Shown here piece by piece: positions 40,101 to 52,000 of a stretch of DNA of 64,000 nucleotides (positions are counted from its first letter, which is position 1; each line of letters opens with the position of its first letter). The stretch comes from an uncultured virus (IMG/VR IMGVR_UViG_3300013382_000010) (Duplodnaviria; Heunggongvirae; Uroviricota; Caudoviricetes). Position numbers and translations under genes: made by a program. The notes below the pieces were generated by a model, which saw only the letters and a list, made by a program, of their open reading frames with translations, was not told the origin of the DNA and did no database searches. Location: IMG/VR virus record IMGVR_UViG_3300013382_000010. One strand, 5' to 3'.

Positions 40101-43100
40101 AACATCCTAATGATATTATAGAATTGACCGAACATTCTACTTATGAGGTAGATAAATCTTCTGGAATATTATTACAAAATATTCTGTTAAATACTATGAA
40201 AAGCAGATTGAGCAGCACTACTTCAATACATTCCTTCTTTAACCGGTAGAATGGAAAACTTTTAAGAGATTTATTAAAAGATAACTTTGATGGCGGTGGG
40301 AAAATATATATAGGACTTGTCGATTTATCAAGTGGTAACAAAATAGTGGTACATAATATAAATGATTTATATTTAAATCTCAATAAAATTAATACTGCTT
40401 TTAAGTCTACTCTAACTACATCTTCATCTTTAGATGACATATTGAATACTTTAGGAGGCAATATTACATTAAATCCTCTTATAAGTATATATAATAAATT
40501 GAATTATATATTCTCTTAGGAATGGATGATTTCTAATGTAGGTGGGCATTTCAACCACCCTGCTAAAGCTTCTATAGATACAACTTTATTTAGAACTGTT
40601 CCTCTTTCTGCATCAGAGTTGTCGGAGTTGGACAATCTTACGAAGGTTAATAAATAGAATAATATTCGACTGGCATAGTTATATAGACAGTATGGATATG
40701 ATGATAATGCTTTTAAAGAAGCGGTTATAGATAAAGTACGTAAAGTAAATTCTAAATTTGGAAATACTAGAAAAGCCTTTGGAGAAGATGCTGTTAATAA
40801 ATTCTTATAGAAAAGGCATGATGCAGAAATTTTGGATGAAGCTGGTAGATTTAATTCTCAGACAAAACGTAATGTATCATACACTGCTGCTATGCATCCT
40901 TACCAACTTAAAAGTTTACAAGGAACACCAGATGTTGCTAATGTTGTAGTTATGAAACAGCCCTCCACAAAAGTATATACAGTAAATGGTGACTATACCG
41001 ATGCGTATGTATCAGATGGTGGTATGTTCATAAATCCTTGGATGGCTTATTGGGAAAATGGTGCGCTAGGTTCTGAAAAAGTAGGTATAAATAAGAAATA
41101 GTATATACATTTCTACAAACAGGATACTGGTACTGGCGGTATGGTAAAAACCGCCGGATATGCTATGACTAATGAGCTTATGAGGCTGTCTCCATGGTAG
41201 CGAAGAATGACTAGAATGATGGCAGATAGAGCTTGGAGAGATGAACAGGGTAATACAATATTTTTAGATGTAACTAAAGATTATAATAATAATAAAATTC
41301 TGTTACAAAATAATAATGATATTCAAGGTTCTTTCTTTATTAAAGTTGGAGATGATTATTACAAATTCTTACAATTAAACTATAAAGGGAAGGGACGTTA
41401 TACTAGAACTCTTTAGAAAATAGATCTAGAAACTCTAACTGGTAAAGAAACTAAAGAATATGATTTAGAAGGCAAGGTAGTTACTGACACAAATGCCGGA
41501 ACAGTAATTGATTCTAATTACAAGTTATGGCAAATGCTTGGAGGATATGAATGTTACGAACAGAAATCTGGAATGAATAGACTAACTCATTCTGAATATA
41601 GTATTAAAGCAGTTGCTGATATTGCTAATAGAGTTGGTATAAAAAAAGTTCCTGAGGGAACTACTGTACGCACACAATCTGATTTATATCAGGTTATGAA
41701 ACATTCGGATTTTCATTACGTCTGTGACGAAGGTAGTGTAAAACATGGAGAAGCAGGAGTTGAAGACCTTACACCATATCTAAACGGAAGTAAGCCTATA
41801 GAAGACTTCAAGCCTAACTTTATGCATGTTCCTATGGAACAATCTGGTATTCAGTTGGATAAGGAGCATAATGCTGACTAGGAATCTTTATCTATATTTA
41901 CTTAGGTTATTAGTGCTTGTGCGGCTAGAGGATATACAGCAGATAAAGCTCAGAACTTATATAAATCTTTAGCAGCTTTAGCTTATAATGCTACAAAAGA
42001 ATATCAAGAAGTTTTTGATTAGTTCTTGGAAAATCCCAATGTGTATAGAGATAGCTTTTAGGAAACTATTGCAAATCTATGTGCTAAAGCCTTAATGAAT
42101 GAAAAGAATACTTCTGATGTATTGAATTATGTTGTAAGCAATCTTATTAATTTAGCTAAACAAGGAGAAAGATTTAAATTTAAGGACAGTATTCCATTCA
42201 GCGATAATTCTATATATAATAAATTAATATCTACTATAGGCTCTACACTCACTAAATCAGCTATTAAAGTTAAATTGCCTGGACTGTTAGCAGTGTTGTG
42301 TCCAAGTAGTGGAATTGTTAAACTTTATGGAGATAGGTTGCTTAGTTCTTATAAGCCTGGAGAATTAGAAGCTCTACAAGTAGAAAAGAATAATAACCCT
42401 AATTGGACTATTACTGATGGGACGATTACTCCTACACAGTTATCTAGAACATATACTCTTACTGTAAATCCCGGACATGAAGAAAGCATTAGTAATGTTT
42501 TAGGTATTACTCCTACTTCTAATACTATAGACTTTACTTTATATACTCCAGTTGAAAGAGAAAAACTGAAATAGTTAATTGCTCAAGGAGATATAACTAG
42601 TATTGTAGAAAATGTAATGGTGGGTAGGGATTTATCTGCTTATGATGTTTTCTTTAAAGGTACAGATGCTGATGGAAATACTTAGCAATATTCTTTATAC
42701 GATTGTGATGTAATTAAATAGAGATTTGCAGATAAAGAATCTGTAAGTGATGAAAATTTGCAATATTTATTAAATGTGTTATCTCCTTCATCCTAGGCAT
42801 ACGATGTTGGAGATAATGCTGTTACAATAAATGGGCATGATATTACAATAGATAGAAGTTCCATACAAGTTAAACCTTATGAATTAGTAATACCTAAAGT
42901 ATTTGCTACCAACTTTGGATTAGATTTTGATACTGATTTACACGCAATATTGCAAGATCCACAATACTTTACTAAAAGATTAGCATCTAAGATAGCGGAT
43001 ACTATTGATGATTCTTATTATAGTGTAGCATTTACAAGTCTTGGAGGAGATCCTGTATATGTATTAGATAGAAATAAAGCCAAATCCTCTGATAATTTTA

Positions 43101-43735
43101 AAAGAATAGATGTAAACACTGCAGTAGATAAGGACGGTAATGTAGACATACTAGATGACAACTTTAATAAAGTATTAACACTATCTAAAAATTAGAACGA
43201 TATTGAATAGGATCCAGATTTACATTAGGATGAAGTATGGCAATACGTTGATGGCTAGGGCCTTACACATAATGTAATAGTTACTGATGATTTAGCTTAT
43301 TATGCTAATAATACTAAATGTAATGGAATTAAAGTTGGAGAAAAGAATTATGATGATTCTACTGAAGATTTATTAAAGAATTCCAAAAATAAAACTGTAT
43401 AGAATTGGTATTGGACTATTGCTAAGAGTGGAAGTATTACAGCAAAGAGTACATTTAAAGACAGTGTACGTGCTTTTAATGCCTTGCTTCATAATGTTAC
43501 AAAAGAAGGATATACCAGTAATAACTTACGTAATAGTTCTATAATAAGCAATCTTGCAGATTAGGGAACAGAAATCTGGGAATCTTTCAAGAAATCATTA
43601 GATGTTGTTGCTGCTCGTATTCCTGCTCAATCACTACAGTCAGTAATGGCAATGAAAGTAGCAGGATTTATTGATAGTGACGTTAATACAGCATATGTAA
43701 GTACCTTGCAGACTTATTTATAGGGTTCCGACTAT
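37121..43735 (+). CDS. Virion-packaged DNA-dependent RNA polymerase (two-barrel type), exon 1
   Basis: All supplied fragments from 37121 to 42950 share one frame; contains SDGG, GIQLDKEH and AARIPAQSLQS, and ends in LQGSDY. Splicing completes GSDY|DID, the catalytic DxDxD motif. About 3274 aa in total. Confidence 0.88.
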
Positions 43736-44783
43736 AAATAAATATTGTAGTCTTTAAATTTCGTGAACTGCGGGAAATTCCTTAGAGCTTATTTATACTA
43801 AAATATATTAGAAATAATTATATTGGTCATAATTAACTGTTATGAGTATAGTAAAAAGTAAATAAGATTGGACAATCCGCAACTAAGTACCTTAATTTAA
43901 ATTGAATTTATTAATGTGCTAATGCTATTTAAAATATAAATTTAATTATAAAAAGGTAAAAGCTCATCGACTATCCCTTTATGGGAGTAGCTGGAAGCAT
44001 TTTACTTTAAAAAATAAATAATAGTAACAAATAAATTATAAAGTAAAATGGTTAAAAAAATTTCTAAAAAACTTAGTAAAGCACAAAAACAATTACTTAT
44101 TGCATTAGTAATTGGAGATGGTACTATAACTAACCATCCTGATTATAAAATTGCACATAGTAGTAAACAATTATTTTATATAAAATGGAAAATAGCTCTT
44201 TTGGATAAATATAATATACAACATGGAGGCTTAAAATTATACGAAAGTAAAGCTGGTTTTAATAAAGGACAGATGGTTCCGACAGTAAGATTAAAAACAA
44301 ATATGACTATTAAGGCCCTGCGTAGAAGTATCTATACCCCAAAGAAAACTATTACAAGACGTTTATTAAATTGGCTAAATCCATTAGGTATAGCAATTTG
44401 GTATATGGATGATGGGTTTATAAATATAAATAATTCCGTACAAAGGTCTTCTGTGTAGCATACAATAAAAATATCTACTTATGTAGACCTACCTACCTGT
44501 ACTACTATTATAAAATATTTTAAAGATATTTGGAATATAAATTTTAGACCATTTAAAGAAAAGTCTAAATGGTTTTCGATAGCTACCGCTACAGAAAATG
44601 ATTGTAAAAATTTTATTTCTGTAATAAAACCATATATTATTCCTGAATTTTTATATAAAATAAGAACTAATTTTACTAAAGAAAAATTTATAGAATATCA
44701 ACAAAGTTGTCCGGCGAAGTGCGAAACATTCTAACAAGAATGATGATATAGTCAGTTTTGTATTGAAAGATACAATGTAAACG
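43736..44783 (+). mobile_element. Group I intron in the RNA polymerase catalytic motif
   Basis: P1: exon GACUAU pairs with intron GUAGUC; AAUAUU can pair with 3' exon GAUAUU (P10). Core: GAACTGCGGGAA (~43766), AATCCGCAACTAAG (~43874), GCTCATCGACTA (~43962), TGATATAGTC (~44744); terminal G44783. Confidence 0.92.
44048..44734 (+). CDS. Intron-encoded LAGLIDADG homing endonuclease (228 aa)
   Basis: Two motifs, LLIALVIGDG and IAIWYMDDG; one TAG at 44456 read through to TAA 44732-44734. Confidence 0.9.
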
Positions 44784-47700
44784 GATATTGACGCTGTATC
44801 ATTAGCTATGTATGCTTTCGATAAACAAGGAAAGTTTGTATAGTGGTCTCCTTACTTTAATCTAAGTAGTGCAGATACTTTACAAGCTTCTTTGCAATTA
44901 CCTTTCCCTACGGGAAAGATTTTAACTTCTACAGATGTAAGATTTGATTAGAGAAATCCAAATAATATTATGTACTATATTAGTACCTCTAATAATCCAG
45001 ATGATTCTAAACCTTTTGTATTATATAGAGGATAGGATGGAAGTCCTAAAATAAAATATAATTTAGATAATCCTACTAATATATTAACATTGGCCGGATT
45101 CCTAGATTATATAAATAACTATGGATTTGTCTTTAATAGTGGTGGCTTGTCAGAAAAAACATATGGACAAGTTGCGGATTTATTGCTTCCTATAATTAAT
45201 AACCATAATAATTATATAAATACAGTTAGAGATAGCCGTACTAAAGAAGATATGATAAAAAATAGTATATAGTAGGCGATCTTTGATATTGTATTGGATC
45301 CTAAAAACTAGCGTGAAGCACAAACCTCTGTAGATACTGCTACTAAATTAGCCAAAAGTGTTGCTAATGGTAAGATAGAAGATATAGCATCTCCAGAAAA
45401 TGAGGAATCTATAAGAAATACTCCGGGAGCATTCACTACTAATATTTATGGATTTACTTCAAATCAAGTAGGTAAAAAAGCAATTGGTATTGCTGCAGCT
45501 ACTGGATTAAAAGCCTATTTTACATTAACACAATACTGTAATAATCTTCTTAAACAGGGGAATGAGAATGCTTTAAAAAGACTTAGATTTGATGTAGAAA
45601 TTGGAGGTGAGGAATATCATACACTCTCTAACATATATACAGATAAACCAAATTCTTTTGCAGAAGAATTAATAAATCTTGCTAAAAATGACTAGGATTT
45701 TGCTCTACAAATATCTGTAATGGAATCTCTTTCTACCGATAATGCTAAAGAGCTTTGTCTGTCTAAGTTAAATTGTACTACAGATACTATGGGATTGTGG
45801 CTATATGGATTAGCTATAGGTATGGATTTTAAAGATATTGCTAAAATTATGATGTCTCCAACAGCCTTCTCATTAGCTAATACTATGAGAGGTAATGTAT
45901 TTAATGGAGATACTGCTGTATCTATTAATAGGTTAGGTAGCTATGTTAATGACGGCCCATAGAGTTCTACAGCTCAGAAAATTATTAAGAAAATTATTGG
46001 CGTAAAATACGATTTTTCAAAACCTTTATACGAAAATTTTAAAAATCATCTTGGTACTCAAGAGGACAGTGAAGATACTGATACTGAAATACTAAATCTA
46101 CTTCAAGCTGATTTAAATAGTGTATCTGCTTCAGATGGTAAGGGAATTACTCATTAGGAATATTTGGATTATGCAAAAGGTGTAGATGAAATAGTGTAGT
46201 GGTTGCGGTTGTATAGAGAAGTAAATAACAATCATAGGGTATATGAAGATTTTATGCAGTTAGCTAAAGGAGCTTCTGAAATGTTACAATTAAGTCAAAT
46301 ATTACATCTAAATCAGGGACTATTTAATTCTGATACAGATATTTTAGCTTTTATAGATAAATTCTCAAACCTCATAAATGATAGAAGGTATCAAAATAAT
46401 CCCAAAGAGATTATTCCTAAAGAATCCAAAGTTACAATAGATTTACATCAATTTGTAACTAATCCTAAATATAGAAATGATATTATTAACGCCTATGAAG
46501 ATGTAAAAGTCTCTTTCAATATATTAGATGTATTGGCTAATATGCCTACATATTTCCAATATTTAAAGACATTGGATTTGCAGCACGCTATGAACTATAA
46601 TATTTCTAGTAAATATAGAGCAATGACCGATATTGGCAAGAGAGCTGTGAATTATGTAGGAGCACATAGTGCTAAAGATGTTCAAAAGGTATATAAAAGA
46701 GTATCTAACTATATAGATATTTACACTGCTGCTAAATGGATGCTTGAATCTGATTATAATCCTGCCTAGTATGGTGATCATGGTATTAATATATACTTAC
46801 CTATAGGAGCATATTATTATATTCAAGATGTATCGAATAATAATATTATTACAAAGCGTAGAGTGACAAAAGGAGAACGTGAAGATATTTTTGGAGAGAA
46901 ACATATAGTTAACTCTTTGCACGGTATGCCAGTAAATTTAGGTACTGCTAATGGTAGAGCTTCTTTTAAACATTGGATGGAATCTACTGTAATACCTAAT
47001 TTACAAAAAGGTAGAAATGGTAAAAGAGGAGCTAATAATAAATATATTACAAACCCCAATTCTCCATTAAGATCTAATCTATTTATATAGAGATTAGGAG
47101 TAAATCAATTCACTAAAACTCCTATGGGAAATCCTATATTAGGATATGCTTTGGATATTAATATGTCTCCAAGAACTGACCATGAAATTGAACTTTTATA
47201 TCTATATAAACAACAATTTAATAAGTTAAAAACTTATGGAGAATATAGTAAATATTATACAGGTACACATAGTTACGATTTAACAGAATTATTCTTCCTA
47301 TATAATTTATGTACTTATCAAAATAAACTTGGTGAAAATACTCTGACAACGATATTTTAGGATAGTAGGGATTGGGGAATTATAGGAGACTATTATAAAT
47401 ATATCAATACAATGGATCGTTCTAGAGACGTTATAGCTCCAGAAATTTCTGACATTGTTCAATATATAGCTCCTATAGCCAATAAATACAGTACTAAATT
47501 AAAAAACTTCCTAAGTGTTGATTCTATAACAGGAGATGTTGTTGTGATGACTAGAAAAACCAAGGCGGATATTGAAGTAGAGTAGGAATATACTGATCCA
47601 AATGCTAAAATAGATCCATTTAGGGTAACACCTTTAACTAGAGATGTAAATTATCCTACTTTGGAATCCTTGAATAAAGTAATAAATATTCCAATACTTG

Positions 47701-47993
47701 ATAAATCCGAAGACTCCGATGTTAAACTTAAGAATATTCCTAAGAGTAATTAGTCGTATGAGGATGAATCAGGTAACGTGATTGATATACGTAATATAAA
47801 GATAGAACATACTAACGGAAGTATTCTTAAGATTTTTGTTAATGATAAATAGGTAAAAATACCAAATGAATATTTGAAGTATTTTACCCATATCCCAACA
47901 AAGCTATAGTATTTTGGAAAATTGCCAAAAGCGGTAAATGATTATGGAACATTAGTCGATGATATAGTAACATTAATATCAAGAGTATGTTAA
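44784..47993 (+). CDS. Virion RNA polymerase, exon 2
   Basis: Begins DIDAVSL; includes VGKKAIGIAA and STDNAKEL; fragments 45090 to 47124 are in frame; ends ...ISRVC at TAA. Confidence 0.88.
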
Positions 47994-49081
47994 ATTGTAT
48001 TAACCCTGAGTTAAATCAGAAAGTTCATGACTTACAAAAAAAGTCTGGACTTTCTGATTTTCCATTACGCAGTTAGATAAGACATTATCTTACAAATCAT
48101 AATGGTAGATTACCTGAATTAGATGAATTAAAAGGAGCTAATTCTGAGCCTTACTTATACAAGGATTTAAATCTGCCTAAAGGAGGAAGTGCTGATATAA
48201 AAACTTTGCTTGAAAAAACAGGTGCTCAAACTTTCTCAGATGCTATTATTAGTCTAAATAATACTTATAGAGATTTAGAAATTGAAGGTCATGAGTTAAA
48301 TAATGACACATATTACCTAAAAGTTAGACATAGGCCAACAGTAGATAGTAGTATGTTAGGAGTATTTGATGATGCTCAAGTATCTCCAAATGTGAATGTT
48401 GTAGATGACCATACATTAATTGTACAAACTGTAAATAAATTGGCAAGTTTATATGGAATAACTATACATAGAGTAAAAGAGGATAAATTACCGCAAGGTT
48501 CTAAGAAAGGAACTGTTAGAGGATATATTTAGAATGGGGAAGTATATATTGTAGAAGGTAATAATGGAGTAGATACCAAATTACATGAAATGATGCACTT
48601 AATATTGGGCAGTGTAAAATTTCAGAACCCATCTTTATATTATAATTTAGTTGCTATGGCTCCTCAATTTTCTGGTTTTAAAGAATGGGCCAGAAACTAC
48701 GTAAGTACATATGGAAAAGATACCTTAAATGATTTATCTGAAGAATTTATGGTAAGCAAAATTGCCAACTATTTAAGCGGTTAGAGTAACGATACTCAAT
48801 TAGCCTCTATGATTAATAATAATCCAGAAATGTGGTATTAGACTATGTACCATATGAATAGATTACTAGATTCAGTGTTTATGGGAGGGGCTTCTGTTAA
48901 AGCAATTCCTGCCAGTAATCTATATAACTATACGTTTAGGCAAGTGGCTAATATGGTTAATTCTGCAGTAATGTAGAATAAATATTATGGCAGTCTAGAT
49001 GATGCTTAGACACACCGTATAGAAATGAATCTTAAAAAGCACTATATGCAAAATGATAGATTGCTAATGAAATGTGAATAA
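47987..49081 (+). CDS. Zincin-like metallopeptidase-domain protein (364 aa)
   Basis: VRGYIQNGEVYI...LHEMMH (48581-48598) plus a downstream LSEEF candidate third ligand. Confidence 0.8.
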
Positions 49082-49092
49082 ATATTTTAAAT

Positions 49093-52000
49093 ATGTTAAC
49101 TTGTAAATATACTTTATTAGATAAAGACAAATAGTCTATAATTGGAGAATTTGACACAGAGGCACAATTAGACGACTTTTTAATAAAATAGGATGAATGT
49201 AATAATAATAATCAGAATATATCAGATATAGTATTTTCTAGAAGTGCTCCAAATTTGAAAGCTCAACAAATTCTTGAAGAATAGGCAGTTATCTCTAAAG
49301 AACTTGAAGAGAAAAGATTGTTATGGAGTAAAGCTATAAAAAATGCTGTAGATGATGATTCTGAAATTATCCTTATGGCAGATCCTCCATATATTGGTGT
49401 TACTAAATTCTTAGATGGTAGAAGAAATAATGAGGGAGATCTACTTACTCCTGAATTTATTAGTGAGAATTATTGGGGGAATAGAAAATCCCATTGGACA
49501 TCATAGATTCCTGCAGGTTAGAGTATTAAAGATATGTTTAATGCTCAAGAAATTAAACTTCTAGCCGACGGAAATACTGACGAAGAGAGATATTAGAATT
49601 TCTTACAGAGTAGAACGTCTAATGGAACATATCAACCCCTAACTCAGCAGGAAGCAGATAATTTTTAGAAGACTATTTTAAAGAAATGGGCATTTATAAA
49701 TACAAGAGGTACTGCTATACACTTTGTAATGTAGCAATATTTCAGTCCGTTAATAGGTGCTGACGGTAAACCACTTACTAAAAATGGTAGAGTTTTTAGA
49801 GTGTTTGACTTGACAAATTCTCCACAAACTTTAAGTGGCGTCAATTTTCCATCTATTACTGATTATATAAATCGGAAAATTAGTACTGATTTGAAATCTT
49901 AGATGGGCAGAAAATTTAGTCCGGATCTAATTACTCCAGAATTACTTTAGAATGCTCTAAATTTTGCAGAACAGTTCCACGAGCATATTAAAAAAGTGTT
50001 AGGACAAACTGAAGATTTGGATTTTTTCCCTGAGTTCAAAATAACTGGAGATTTACATACTACTCAAGGCCCTCCAAAATTGATGGGTATTATCGACTTA
50101 TTGGTATTGGATAATAAAGGAGTAGCTCATATTTTCGACTATAAATGTTCTGATAAGAAATACTCCGATTTTAGTGAGGCGAAGAAAAGAGGATTCTATT
50201 ATCAGCAGGCTATATATAACAGACTGTTAAATCAACATGGCCTAAATACCTATAACAACAATATTAGAATTGTGCCTATTGCTTTAGATAATTTTAGAGG
50301 TGAGAATATAGAATACACTTTATCGGATCCAGATAAAGTTGACTTTACTTTTGACAATAAGCTCTATTATCCACCTCAGATGTCTGTAAATATCAGACCT
50401 GATATTACTTCTGTAAACTCTAAAGGTGAATCTAGAATACTTGATAATATAGATGAGTTTTTACCAGAATCTACTGTTACTAATATAGCCTCTGATAAAG
50501 CTGTAGAATTTGTAACCACCATGATGGGTAGATTCTTTCCCGACTATTCTGGAGGTAAAGAGATAAATGAAGATCTTATTGAGCAGGAAATAAAAGATGC
50601 TGGAGGTTTTGAAAGAGATTCTGAAGGTAAATATTCTTTTGAAGTATCTGCATATAAGAAATTATCTTTTGACGATCCTAAGAAACTGTTAGATGCGGTT
50701 ATAAAAGAGAGAAAGTATCAATAGTTACGTAAATCTCAGTTAGCTTCAACTACAATATCTGCTTTAGAGTATGCCCAAAAGAATAACACCAAAGATATAC
50801 AAGATATTATTAAAAATATTGATACTAGATTCATTTAGGATAAGAATGCTTATCAGGGATGGTTTAGAAATTATCTGTAGAAATATTGTAATTCTGATTG
50901 GCAAATATTGTCTAGTGAGAGTGCCAGATTCTTTGGATTAATATTACTTAGAAATACTGTTAATAATTAGATAGATGTTATTAAATTGTCTGCATCTAGC
51001 CTTAAACGTATTAGAAATATAGATAAAAGTAATAAGAATGTAAATATCGACAGAGCTTTTGAAGACGATATTACTGAAAATCAGAATACTAATTCTAGAA
51101 TATTACAAGATGCTGAAGGTAATAGAGAATTAATTGAAACTATGTTATTCTTAAATACCGTACCGGCATTATTTAGTGGTGCTTATAATAATGGAGTGGT
51201 TGGTAATATAGAAGTAATAAATCCATTTAGAGGTGAAGGTATAGCTGCTTCTAATGAAGAGCTACTTTATTCTTTAAATAAACTATCTCAACACGCTGAG
51301 TGGACTGAAGCTAATAATATTGCTAATGGTAATATAAAGTTTGGAAGTAAGTGGTAGCTATTTAGAAACGAACTTCAAACCGCTTTAAATAATAGTATTG
51401 GATTTTAGCTTTCTAACACTGAATATTTCCAACAGGCTTAGAATGATATACAGACTACTGTTACTGGAGATAACAATAAAGATGCGAAAATTAATATATT
51501 GCTTAGAGTAATTAAAGGTCTCGAAGATGCTTATAATATTAATCAGCTTTCAGCCAACTAGTTGAACAGTGAAACTAATTTATCTCCAGCATATAGACTG
51601 TATTATGATTCTCTAATTACTTTGGGAGAATTGAGAGGTCTTAATTTCAGACAGCAATTAAAAGAATCTGCTAAATGGATTGAGAATGGATTGAGTAACA
51701 TATTAGCTAATGGTATTGGTGGTATTTATGTTGATAACCCTGGTAACTTAATTTCTGAAACTCTTAACAGTATTACAAAACTACATACTCAAGCTCTTCA
51801 AAATAATAGATAGGATATGGTTGGCCCTACAGCTAAAATCAGGGATCTAACTGAAAGACTTAAAAAAGAGAAGAACTTTGGATATATTACATCATTAGTA
51901 TAGAATGATATTGATTTATATAAAAATATGTATGAGACTACAGCTAATGGTGATCTAAGATTTGTAAATGTAAATAAGTTATCAGGAGTTGAAAAAGAAT

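Noticed and set aside
43736..44783. Intein or frameshift as the explanation for the RNAP break
   Set aside because: The insert has TAA stops in the RNAP frame, a separate ORF, and group I P1/P7 elements with a terminal G.
1388..47059. Short minus-strand ORFs in the late module and plus-strand ORFs within 55476-63293
   Set aside because: Antisense shadows of longer genes, with no motifs or operon context.
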